This document shows positions 48,258 through 57,189 of a stretch of 64,000 bases of DNA, piece after piece; positions within the stretch are counted from its first letter, which is position 1; every line of letters starts with the position of its first letter. Both the position numbers and the translations under genes were made by a program. The notes beneath the pieces are model-generated. The model ran no database searches. It worked only from the letters and a program-made list of their open reading frames with translations, and had not been told where the DNA came from. The stretch covers positions 832,001 through 896,000 of the forward strand of contig CAVXKA010000002.1 in NCBI GenBank assembly GCA_963762255.1, in the 5' to 3' direction. This stretch comes from Candidatus Eiseniibacteriota bacterium. Lineage in GTDB: Bacteria > Eisenbacteria > RBG-16-71-46 > JABDJR01.

Positions 48258-48896
48258 ATGGACGAGGGAACCCGGCAGGGGACGTCAGGACGGGAACGGC
48301 TGGTTTGGGGGATCCTGCTCGCCGCGCTCCTCGCCGTGGTTGCGATCGCAGCGGTGTCGATCGTGAAGACGCAGCGCACCGAGATCGAGCGCTTCGGCCC
48401 CGCGCCCGAGTTCACCTTCATCACCCAGCGCAGCACGCCGTTCTCGCGTGAAGATCTGGATGGAGAGGTGTGGCTCGCAGACTTCATGTTCACCACCTGT
48501 CAGGGGATCTGTCCCCTCCTCACCGAGCGAATGAAGGGATTCCAGGATCGTTTCGCCGGCCGCGCGGGATGGAAGATCGTTTCGTTCTCGGTGGATCCCG
48601 CCCATGATCGCCCCGACACCCTCGCCGCCTATGCCGCGCAGCACGGGGCGGATCCCGCCCGATGGACCTTTCTCACCGGGGACAAGCAGGAGATCTTCCG
48701 CACGATCACCGACGGGTTCCATCTCGTGGTGGAGGAAGGCGCGGCGACAAGCGTGGAGCCCATCATGCACAGCCCGCGCATCGTGCTGGTCGACGCGCGC
48801 GGCATGATTCGCGGCTACTACGACGCGCTCGACGAGGATTCGATGACGAAGCTCGCCGCGGATCTGGACCGGCTGCTCAAGCGCGGCGGCGCGTGA
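48258..48896 (+). CDS. SCO-family copper chaperone
   Basis: N-terminal TM, FTTCQGICP (CxxxC), FSVDPAHD, HSPRIVLVD. Confidence 0.93.
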   Translation: MDEGTRQGTSGRERLVWGILLAALLAVVAIAAVSIVKTQRTEIERFGPAPEFTFITQRSTPFSREDLDGEVWLADFMFTTCQGICPLLTERMKGFQDRFAGRAGWKIVSFSVDPAHDRPDTLAAYAAQHGADPARWTFLTGDKQEIFRTITDGFHLVVEEGAATSVEPIMHSPRIVLVDARGMIRGYYDALDEDSMTKLAADLDRLLKRGGA

Positions 48897-48921
48897 TGCC
48901 CGCCGAGGCGACAGCGCGCTG

Positions 48922-49341
48922 ATGCAGCTTCACGATCTCCCCACGCTGAACGCCGTCCTCAACGCGCTCAGCGCGACGTGGCTTGTCGCGGGTTACTCGT
49001 TCATCCGCCGGGGCCGCGTGGGCGCGCATCGCGCGTGCATGCTGGCCGCGGTCGCCACATCGCTCGCGTTTCTCGTTTCGTATCTCGTCTATCACGCTCA
49101 GACCGGATCGACGCGGTTCCAGTCTCAAGGCGCCGTGAGAGCGCTCTACTTCGTCATACTCGGCACGCACACCGTGCTGGCGGCGGCGATCGTGCCGCTC
49201 GTGATCGTGACGCTCACCCGCGCGCTGCGCGGTCGCTTCCCGCAGCACCGTCGGATCGCACGATGGACGTGGCCGATCTGGATGTACGTTTCCGTGACCG
49301 GCGTGATCATTTACTTGATGCTCTACCACCTGGATCGGTAG
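48922..49341 (+). CDS. DUF420 (CtaM-like) membrane protein
   Basis: LPTLNAVLN, HRACM, FLVSYLVYH, HTVLA, HRRIARWTWPIWMYVSVTG. Confidence 0.9.
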   Translation: MQLHDLPTLNAVLNALSATWLVAGYSFIRRGRVGAHRACMLAAVATSLAFLVSYLVYHAQTGSTRFQSQGAVRALYFVILGTHTVLAAAIVPLVIVTLTRALRGRFPQHRRIARWTWPIWMYVSVTGVIIYLMLYHLDR

Positions 49342-49372
49342 AGCGTCCGCCAGCCCCGCGGCGCCCGCGCGG

Positions 49373-50116
49373 CTACGGCGCGAACATGCGGCGGAGGCGG
49401 CCCCAGGTGAGCGATTGCACCGCGACGTGGTCGGGATCTGCCACCCGGAGGTTGTCGAGGTAGAAACGGCCTATCAAGTCCGAGTCCGCTCCGGTGCCGA
49501 GGAGGATCTGATCCACTCCCACGTCGCCGGCGGTGAAAGGCTCGGCGGCGGCGAGGTAGGATCCATCGAGTTGGAAATCGTAGGTGTGCGCGTCCAGGTC
49601 GATGTCGATCCGCAGGGTCAGGGTGACGCCGGTCGCGAAGGTCCCCACATTCCCCACCAGGCCGTCGGCGTCGTAGAGCCGCACCGCGCCGTCGGACCGG
49701 AACTCCGCGGTGACGAAGGTGAAGACGCTCGGGTTGGCCTGCCGGATATCCACCCGTAAAGGCACGGCCGTCCCACCGACCTCGTCCACCCACAGGTCTG
49801 CCGTGATCACGGCTCTGCCCGCGGCCATCCGCGTCTGGTTCACGAGAATGAACCAGGCAGTACACAAGTAGGTGTCGCTGCCGTCGACGAACTCGAGCGA
49901 GGGCGTGGCCATTGGGCCGCTGCGCACGTACCCGCCGGCGGTCGAATCAACATAGAGAGGCTCCCCGAACGCGGGACCTCTCATCCCGACGAGGGCATCG
50001 ACCGTCTCGCCATCGAAGTTGGCGTCGAGATAGACGATCTCGGCGACGCAGGGCGAGGCGAGCACGAGAAGCGCGACCAGAAACAGCGGCGCGAAAGAGA
50101 TGAAGCGGCCGTTCAT
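49373..50116 (-). CDS. Secreted beta-sandwich (LamG/lectin-like) protein with a C-terminal TWGRLRRMF tail
   Basis: Signal peptide; beta-rich; LRIDIDLDAHTYDF.LDG, FYLDNLRV; ends VQSLTWGRLRRMFAP. Confidence 0.7.
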   Translation of the reverse strand: MNGRFISFAPLFLVALLVLASPCVAEIVYLDANFDGETVDALVGMRGPAFGEPLYVDSTAGGYVRSGPMATPSLEFVDGSDTYLCTAWFILVNQTRMAAGRAVITADLWVDEVGGTAVPLRVDIRQANPSVFTFVTAEFRSDGAVRLYDADGLVGNVGTFATGVTLTLRIDIDLDAHTYDFQLDGSYLAAAEPFTAGDVGVDQILLGTGADSDLIGRFYLDNLRVADPDHVAVQSLTWGRLRRMFAP

Positions 50117-50289
50117 GAGGATTCCCTTCCGGGATACATCGGGTGGCTGCATGCTAGCAATCCGCAGGGGGCGAGTCCACGCGCGAATCGAGGCGGTTCG
50201 GGGGGCCGGCCCCAATCGACAGCGCTCCCGGAACGGGCTAGAATCCCTCGTCCGCTGGACCCTTGGACCCCGCAGCAAGGAGGATGACG

Positions 50290-51807
50290 ATGGGTGGCGC
50301 CGCGACTTCCGAACGCTTCAACCGTGTGATGACCCGGGCCGCCGAACTCTCCGATCTCGAAAGCGCAAACGCGCTCGTGGGATGGGATCAGGAGACCTTC
50401 ATGCCCGCCAAGGGCGTGGACGGGCGCGCCGACGTCTCCGCGACCATCGCCGGCCTTCAGCACGAGCGGCTCACCGACCCGCGCCTTCGCGAGGACCTGG
50501 AAGCGCTGTCGCGCGACGGCGACGGTCTCGACACGTATCAGCGCGGGCAGGTCATCGAGCTCAAGCGCCTGCACGATCGCGCGGCCAAAGTGCCGGCCGA
50601 TCTCGTGCGCGCGGTGGCGGAAGCGCAGTCGCGCGGATCGTCGATCTGGGCGGCGGCCAAGGCCAAGAAGGAGTTCGCCGCGTTCTCTCCCACATTGGCC
50701 GAGATCTTCAAGCTCAAGCGCGCGGTGGCTGACGCGGTCGGCTATCGCGAGGAACCCTACGAGGCGCTCCTCGATGAGTTCGAACCTGGGGCCAAGGTGA
50801 GCGAGGTCGCCAAGACGCTGCACGACGTGCGCGACTTCCTCATCCCGCTGGTGAAGGAGATCGCGGGCTCTTCGAAGAAGCCCAACACGAAGATCCTTGC
50901 CGGTCCGTACGACCTCGAGAAGCAGGATCTCTTCGGCCGCGAGGTCGTGACCGCCATGGGCTTCGATCTGGAGGCGGGGCGCCTCGACGTGTCCAACCAT
51001 CCCTTCACGAGCGGCATCCATAGCGGCGACACGCGGCTCACCACGCGGTACAAGCAGGACCTCTCCGTGGGGCTCTTCGGCACGATGCACGAGGCGGGGC
51101 ACGGGCTCTACGAGCAGAACCTGCCCGCGGCCACGCGCCGCACGCCGCTCGGCGTGTACACGTCGCTCGGCATCCACGAGTCGCAGTCGCGGCTCTGGGA
51201 GAACAACGTGGGGCGCGGGCGGCCGTTCTGGACGAAGCAGTACCCAAGGCTGCAGGAGCTCTTCCCCGAGCACCTGGCCGGCGTGTCGTTCGACGAGTAC
51301 TACCGCGCGATCAACGCGGTGGAGCCCTCCTTCATCCGCATCGAGGCCGACGAGGTCACCTACAACCTGCACATCGTGCTCCGCTTCGAACTGGAGCGCG
51401 ACGTGTTGACGGGCAAGGTCGCGGTGAAGGACCTCCCCGAGGCGTGGAACGCGCGCTTCCGCGACTATCTGGGACTCACGCCGCCCTCGCCGGACCTGGG
51501 CGTGATGCAGGACATCCACTGGGCGGTGGGGCTCGTCGGCTACTTCCCCACCTACACGCTCGGCACGCTCTACGCCGCGCAGTTCTTCGCAGGCGCGAAG
51601 AAGGCGATCCCCGATCTCGAAGAGCGCATCGCCAAGGGCGATCTCCTCACCCTACGCGACTGGCTGGTGGAGAACGTGCACCGGCACGGGCGCCGCTACG
51701 CCCCCGCGGCACTGGTGGAGAAGGCCACCGGGATGCCGGTCTCGGCCGAGCACTTCAACCGGTACCTGCGGTCGAAGTTCGCGCCGCTGTACGGGCTCGC
51801 GAACTAG
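50290..51807 (+). CDS. Carboxypeptidase M32 (Taq-type)
   Basis: GWDQETFMP, HPF, MHEAGHGLYEQ, HESQS, IRIEADE, QDIHW..GYFPTY. Confidence 0.95.
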   Translation: MGGAATSERFNRVMTRAAELSDLESANALVGWDQETFMPAKGVDGRADVSATIAGLQHERLTDPRLREDLEALSRDGDGLDTYQRGQVIELKRLHDRAAKVPADLVRAVAEAQSRGSSIWAAAKAKKEFAAFSPTLAEIFKLKRAVADAVGYREEPYEALLDEFEPGAKVSEVAKTLHDVRDFLIPLVKEIAGSSKKPNTKILAGPYDLEKQDLFGREVVTAMGFDLEAGRLDVSNHPFTSGIHSGDTRLTTRYKQDLSVGLFGTMHEAGHGLYEQNLPAATRRTPLGVYTSLGIHESQSRLWENNVGRGRPFWTKQYPRLQELFPEHLAGVSFDEYYRAINAVEPSFIRIEADEVTYNLHIVLRFELERDVLTGKVAVKDLPEAWNARFRDYLGLTPPSPDLGVMQDIHWAVGLVGYFPTYTLGTLYAAQFFAGAKKAIPDLEERIAKGDLLTLRDWLVENVHRHGRRYAPAALVEKATGMPVSAEHFNRYLRSKFAPLYGLAN

Positions 51808-51886
51808 GGGGGCGATCGAGCGTGCGCATGGGCGTGGACGTGAGCATGGCCGGCGTGCGCGGCACCGGCGTGGGCGGTCCGACCCG

Positions 51887-52306
51887 GTGAAGCAGCATCA
51901 GGAGATCCTGCGTCTGGACGCGTGCGGACGCGGGCTCCACGAGATCACGTCCGACGTCGCGGCCGTCGTGAAGCGCGCTGCGGTGACGACGGGCATGTGC
52001 CACGTGTTCGTCCGACACACTTCGGCCAGCCTCGTCATCCAGGAGAACGCGGATCCCAGCGCCCGGCACGATCTCGAGCGCTGGTTCGAGCGGATCGCCC
52101 CTGACGGTGATCCCGCGCACCGTCACACCGCGGAGGGCCCGGACGACATGCCGGCGCACGTGCGGGCCGCGCTCACTTCGACATCGGAGCAGATCCCGAT
52201 CGTGGAAGGGCGGCTGGGTCTGGGAACGTGGCAGGGGCTCTATCTCTTCGAGCACCGGTTGCGCGCCAGCTCGCGCAGCGTGATCGTGCACGTGTGGGGG
52301 GAGTAG
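51887..52306 (+). CDS. yjbQ: YjbQ/UPF0047 family protein
   Basis: HTSASLVIQENADP, EGPDDMPAHV, LGTWQGLYLFEHR. Confidence 0.92.
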   Translation: MKQHQEILRLDACGRGLHEITSDVAAVVKRAAVTTGMCHVFVRHTSASLVIQENADPSARHDLERWFERIAPDGDPAHRHTAEGPDDMPAHVRAALTSTSEQIPIVEGRLGLGTWQGLYLFEHRLRASSRSVIVHVWGE

Positions 52307-52327
52307 CGAGCGCGCGTTCGCTGCCGG

Positions 52328-52349
52328 GGATGCTCACCCGGGTGAGCAT
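52328..52349. repeat. REP-like palindrome, copy 1
   Basis: Perfect 20-bp palindrome ATGCTCACCCGGGTGAGCAT between convergent genes; 18 nt shared with 59159-59176. Confidence 0.6.
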
Positions 52350-52462
52350 TGCGCCTCGCGCACCGGGTTCGCGTGTCGCGGGTCGTCCTCGCCGAAGGGG
52401 CCCCCGCTTCGCGGCCCTTCGGACTGCGGTCGACCCACGAACCCGCTACCCGGTGCGCGGGA

Positions 52463-53563
52463 TCACCGCCCCCCCAGCCGCGCCAGCGCCCATGCGGCGT
52501 GCTCGCGCACAACCGGCGACGCATCCTCCAGCGCGCGCGTCAGTGCTTCGCCTGCGCCCTCCCCACCGACATTTCCCAATGCCACGCTCGCGTTCCGTGC
52601 GAGCCCCTCACGCTTCGTACGCATGACCGACGTCCCCGCGTAGCGACGGAGGAACTCCTCGTCGGTGAGTGCGACCAACTCGGTCAACAACGGTGCGACC
52701 GCCTCGGCGCGCGGCGCGAAATCGGCTTCATGCGCCCGCCGCGCGAAGCGATTCCACGGGCAGACCTCCAGACAGTCGTCGCAGCCGAAAACGTGGTCGC
52801 CCATGAGCGGGCGCAACTCGAGAGCGATCGAGCCGCGATGCTCGATGGTGAGGTACGAGATGCACAGCCGCGCGTCGAGCCGGTACGGCGCGGTGATGGC
52901 GTGCGTGGGACAGACGTCCACGCAGCGCGTGCAGGTGCCGCAGTGGTCGGCTTCAGCGGCGTCGGGGGCGAGCTCCACATCAAGGAGAACCTCACCAAGC
53001 AGCAGCCACGATCCCCACCCGCGACTCACCAGGTTGGTGTGCTTCCCTCGCCAACCGAGACCCGCGCGCTCGGCCCAAAGTTTTTCAAGGACCGGACCGG
53101 TATCGACGTAGGATCGCATCGCCACACCGGGGAAGCTCTCCGCAAGAGCCTGCTCGAGCCGCCGCAGCTTGCCCGCGAAGACCTTGTGGTAGTCGCGGCC
53201 GCGTGCGTAGCGGGCGATACGGCCGCGGGGCGCGTCAGAAGCGACCGGGCCGGAAGCCGCCACGCTCCCAAGAACGCGTTCGTCCTCGCCCGAGCCCTCG
53301 CCCTCTCCGTCCCGCACCCCATAATTGAGCCCCACGCAGAGAACAGACCGCGCCCCCGGCAACACGCGCGCCGGATCCAGTCGCCGTTCCGGCTCCCGCG
53401 CCATGTACGCCATCGTCCCGTGCCGTCCCTCGGCAAGCCACGCGCGCACGCGCTCGCCGTCGGGCGTGCCCGCGAGCGAGTCGATCGCAGCCACCCCCAC
53501 CGCGTCGAAACCGGCTTCGAGGGCGAGCCGCTTGGCCTGTGCGCTACGTTCCGCGGGTGTCAT
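52463..53563 (-). CDS. queG: tRNA epoxyqueuosine reductase
   Basis: ARYARGRDYH, VDTGPVLEK..AGLGW.GK, CGTCTRCVDVCPT, CISYLTIE, FGCDDCLEVCPWN, HEAT-like tail. Confidence 0.95.
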   Translation of the reverse strand: MTPAERSAQAKRLALEAGFDAVGVAAIDSLAGTPDGERVRAWLAEGRHGTMAYMAREPERRLDPARVLPGARSVLCVGLNYGVRDGEGEGSGEDERVLGSVAASGPVASDAPRGRIARYARGRDYHKVFAGKLRRLEQALAESFPGVAMRSYVDTGPVLEKLWAERAGLGWRGKHTNLVSRGWGSWLLLGEVLLDVELAPDAAEADHCGTCTRCVDVCPTHAITAPYRLDARLCISYLTIEHRGSIALELRPLMGDHVFGCDDCLEVCPWNRFARRAHEADFAPRAEAVAPLLTELVALTDEEFLRRYAGTSVMRTKREGLARNASVALGNVGGEGAGEALTRALEDASPVVREHAAWALARLGGR

Positions 53564-53644
53564 CGCGCCGCAGTATAGCAGCGGTGTTAGACTCGCCTTC
53601 GCATCCGGGTTACGATGACATCAACCCTCTCCCGGAGACCCGAC

Positions 53645-55273
53645 ATGAACCGCTTTGTCCTCGCCGGCACCGTCGCTTCCAAACCCGTGCGCTTCGAGCT
53701 CCGACCCGGGCGCTTTACCGTCGGTCGGGCCACCGCTTGCGATCTCACCCTGCCCGACAACACCGTGTCGCGACAACACGCCGAGATCGAGCTCGAGGAC
53801 GACGTGCTCAAGGTGCAGGATCTCGGCAGCACCAACGGCACCTTCGTGAACGGCGAACAAGTCACCGGGCACGCCGTCCTTCGCGCCGGCGGACGCCTTC
53901 GCTTCGGACAGGTGACGCTCATCTTGAGCGAGCGCGAAGTCACCGACTTCGGCGTGTTCGCCACCGAGGGCACCACACCCACCCTCACGACCACCGTCCG
54001 CGAGATCCGCGCGCAAGCGGCGCAAACCGGCGCGGAGAACCTGCTCACCGCCCTCCACGAGGCGGGTCAGATGCTCAGCAAGAGCCTGGCGCTCACGGAA
54101 GTCTACGACCAGGTTCTCGAACTGCTCCCCCGATTCATCAAGTCGAGCCGCATCCTCATCCTTTCGCACGAGATGAAGCAGGGACTCCCCGAGATCCTCG
54201 CCTCGCGCCCCCAGGGTCCCAAGTCCGCCGAGCCGGTCAAGATGAGCCGCACGATGTTGCACGAGGTGCTCACCGACGGCCGCGCGTTCGTCACCGCAGA
54301 CGCCGCCACCGACGCGCGCTTCAACGCCACCGAGAGCATCATTCAGGCCGGCGTGCTTGCAGCGATGGCGGCTCCGCTCTTCGACAACGACAAGATCCTG
54401 GGCGCGGTATATGTCGACTCGCGGATCCCCGGCATCACGTACTCGGCGGAGGACCTGCGCCTCCTGACGCTTCTCGCCAACATGATCGCGGTGAAGATCA
54501 CCAACAGCCGGCTGGAGGAAGCCGAGCGCGAGGCCGAGCGAATCAAGCACGAGGTGTCGATCGCCGCTCGCATCCAGCGCAATCTGCTCCCCCGAACCAT
54601 CCCACCCATCCGGGGGTTCCAGGTGTTCACGCATCAGACCCCCTGTCATGAAGTGGGGGGCGATCTCTTCGACGTACGCGCGCTCGAGGACGGCAGAATC
54701 TGGCTCGTGCTGGGCGATATCAGCGGCAAAGGGGTGGGAGCGGCGCTCCTCATGGCCACCGTGATGGCGGGGTTGCAGGTTCTGGAGGACGAGTGCCGCG
54801 ATCCGCTAGAGCTTGTGACCCGGCTGGAGAGTTACCTGGTCCAGCACGTGGAGCCGGGGCAGTACCTGACCCTCTTCGCGGGGATCCTGGATCCCTCGCG
54901 CGGCGTCCTCCACTACGTCAACGCGGGGCACTGCCCCCCGGCGCTGCTCGCGAGCACCGGATCGCGCGTGCTGGATGCCACCGGGGTGCCGGTCGCGCTC
55001 GTGCCGGGGCTGCCCCGCAACGCAGCCGAGACCGTTCTCGATCCAGGCAGCGTCCTCCTCGTATTCAGCGACGGCATCTCCGAGACCGAATGCGACGGCC
55101 GGCAGTATGAGGAAGGGCCGATGGAGAAGTTCTTCGAGCACGTGCGAACGCAGTGCGCGAAACTCGACGCGGCCTGCGTGGGGAAACTGCTTCTCGAGGA
55201 CGTCGAGTCGTTTCGCGGGGATGCTCCGGCCGTCGACGACCTCACCCTGGTCGTACTCAGGCGCGAGGGCTAG
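53645..55273 (+). CDS. FHA + GAF + SpoIIE/PP2C serine phosphatase
   Basis: VGR..VSRQHA..DLGSTNGT FHA; GAF AMAAPL..YVD; PP2C VGGDLFD, GDISGKG, NAGH, FSDG, DDLT. Confidence 0.92.
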   Translation: MNRFVLAGTVASKPVRFELRPGRFTVGRATACDLTLPDNTVSRQHAEIELEDDVLKVQDLGSTNGTFVNGEQVTGHAVLRAGGRLRFGQVTLILSEREVTDFGVFATEGTTPTLTTTVREIRAQAAQTGAENLLTALHEAGQMLSKSLALTEVYDQVLELLPRFIKSSRILILSHEMKQGLPEILASRPQGPKSAEPVKMSRTMLHEVLTDGRAFVTADAATDARFNATESIIQAGVLAAMAAPLFDNDKILGAVYVDSRIPGITYSAEDLRLLTLLANMIAVKITNSRLEEAEREAERIKHEVSIAARIQRNLLPRTIPPIRGFQVFTHQTPCHEVGGDLFDVRALEDGRIWLVLGDISGKGVGAALLMATVMAGLQVLEDECRDPLELVTRLESYLVQHVEPGQYLTLFAGILDPSRGVLHYVNAGHCPPALLASTGSRVLDATGVPVALVPGLPRNAAETVLDPGSVLLVFSDGISETECDGRQYEEGPMEKFFEHVRTQCAKLDAACVGKLLLEDVESFRGDAPAVDDLTLVVLRREG

Positions 55274-56580
55274 CGCACGCCGGCCCGCTCGGCGCTGGCG
55301 TTCGCTTCTTCGCTCATCGGCTCCACCGGCTCCGGCGAGCCGGGCGGATAGTGATCCGCGTCTCCCTTTACCGGGTGCGGCTTCAACTCGCGGGCGAAGA
55401 TCGGCTTGGCAAGCTGGCGTAGCGCTCCCAGCTTCAACTCGTACATCCGCCACTTCATGTCGCGCCTGGGAAGATAGCGCGCGTCGTCGGGGTTGACGAT
55501 CAGGCTCACCTCGATGTTGGGCGCCACACCGACCGGGATGCCGTTCTTCCGGCAGGAGTCCCACATGTACTCCATCACCGCGCGCATGTCGTCGTAGCCC
55601 GGCGACGGGTGGCGCTCCATCTCCGCGCCGATGGTCGGGCGGAAGATGCACACCGTCGGGAACGCCCCCACACCCGTGATGTAGTCGATGGCCTTCAGCG
55701 TGTCCTCGATGGGCTCCACCCCGGCAATGATCTCGCCCGAGACCTTCCCCTTGCCCATCTTCTTTGCGGTGTACTCGATCGCGTCGAAGAAGGTGCGCTG
55801 GCCGATCATGCGCTCCTTGCCCGGAAGCAGGTCGGCAAAGAACTTGGGGTTATGGAACTCGTAGCAGAACGAAAGGTGATCGGTCCCGCAGTCGACCAGC
55901 CAGTCGTACTTCCAGAAGTTGGGAGACGGCGTGACCTGCACGCCGGTCATCACGCCCACCTTCTCCTTCATGGCCTTCACGTACGGGGCGGCCATGTCGA
56001 GGCCTCGGTCCTTCCCCGCGTAGCCGCTGTTGAAGTGCACGAAGGTGACGCCGGACTCCGCCTTCGCCGCCTGCGCGACCTCGATCACGTCGCCGAGATC
56101 CTTCTGGGCCTCTTCGTTGACGCCCACATTCAATCCCGTCGTGCAGAACTTGCACGCGAGGTTGGGCTCGTGATACCAGAACGAACAGGAGTTGGAGATG
56201 TAGATGCCGAGGTAGGTTCCTTGCAGGACTCCCACCTTACGCATCTCGGTGCCCTTCGAGGTGTGGGCCCCGTACCACTTGGGCTCGGGAGGAATGCCGA
56301 CCTCGTATTCCGCTTCGCTGCGCTCATCGCGCACGATGTACCCGCCGCCCCGTTTGGTGAGCAGGTAGGGCGAGTCGATGACGAAGTCCTCTTCGACCGG
56401 CACGTTCATCCAGATGGTCTTGAGCTCGCCGGGGATGGTGATCTCGAGACCGCTGCCGAGCCCGGCGCGCGTGCGCGAGAGAAGCCGCGCATCCTGCTCC
56501 AGGGTGCAGGCGGGATCCAGGCGAAAGCCTTTGCAGAAGAGGTCGATCTCGAGTTCGCAGGGGTTCAGGCGGTCGGCCAT
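55270..56580 (-). CDS. Radical SAM protein with an atypically spaced cysteine motif
   Basis: SCSFWYHEPNLACKFC (Cx10CxxC), N-terminal RTRAGLGSG, IIAGVEP, FRPTIG. Confidence 0.82.
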   Translation of the reverse strand: MADRLNPCELEIDLFCKGFRLDPACTLEQDARLLSRTRAGLGSGLEITIPGELKTIWMNVPVEEDFVIDSPYLLTKRGGGYIVRDERSEAEYEVGIPPEPKWYGAHTSKGTEMRKVGVLQGTYLGIYISNSCSFWYHEPNLACKFCTTGLNVGVNEEAQKDLGDVIEVAQAAKAESGVTFVHFNSGYAGKDRGLDMAAPYVKAMKEKVGVMTGVQVTPSPNFWKYDWLVDCGTDHLSFCYEFHNPKFFADLLPGKERMIGQRTFFDAIEYTAKKMGKGKVSGEIIAGVEPIEDTLKAIDYITGVGAFPTVCIFRPTIGAEMERHPSPGYDDMRAVMEYMWDSCRKNGIPVGVAPNIEVSLIVNPDDARYLPRRDMKWRMYELKLGALRQLAKPIFARELKPHPVKGDADHYPPGSPEPVEPMSEEANASAERAGVR

Positions 56581-56596
56581 GGGAGATCTCCGATGC

Positions 56597-57025
56597 TCAA
56601 TCCGGGATGGTAAAGGTGAAAGCCCGGCGCAGCCGGTGTGGCACCACGCCCGGGTCAAACCCGTGCGAGGCGAAGGCGAGCCAGCCGTCCAGATCCTCGG
56701 GGGGCGGGCTCACCGCGGGCAGCAGACAGACGCCGTAGGAAAACCTGTCGAGGCTGAACGGGATCTGGCTCCGCTTGAAGAAGAACACCGCCGCCTGCCC
56801 CTTCATCGGGCCGTCGGGAACGGCGAAGATCTTGACGATGGACCGGTTCGGGCGGCCCTCGACCGGGTGCAGCGCCGCCAGCTCGAAACCCGTGGCCTCG
56901 AGCCGGAAGCTGAACTCGTCGGGGTGCGCGGCCACCCGGTCCAGGAACGGGCCGGAGGCTGGGATTTCCGCCCGACAGCGTGAGAGGCGTTCGGCCACCG
57001 CAGGCTCTTGTGCGTTGTTGATCAT
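56597..57025 (-). CDS. Hypothetical protein co-transcribed with the radical SAM gene
   Basis: SD AGGAG, TACAAT upstream, globular aromatic-rich composition, 16 nt gap to the next gene. Confidence 0.7.
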   Translation of the reverse strand: MINNAQEPAVAERLSRCRAEIPASGPFLDRVAAHPDEFSFRLEATGFELAALHPVEGRPNRSIVKIFAVPDGPMKGQAAVFFFKRSQIPFSLDRFSYGVCLLPAVSPPPEDLDGWLAFASHGFDPGVVPHRLRRAFTFTIPD

Positions 57026-57189
57026 GGACTCTGGTTCTCCTGACCCGGATGATTGTATCCGAAATGCCCCGGCTGCGGGGATCGTCTCTCCATTCGGAAT
57101 CTTGATAGGCCGTTTCGACTAAACTATCCCCTTCATCCCGGGGTCGGTCGTTCCGGCTCCACCACCCCCAACTCGATGCGAGGACTCTC

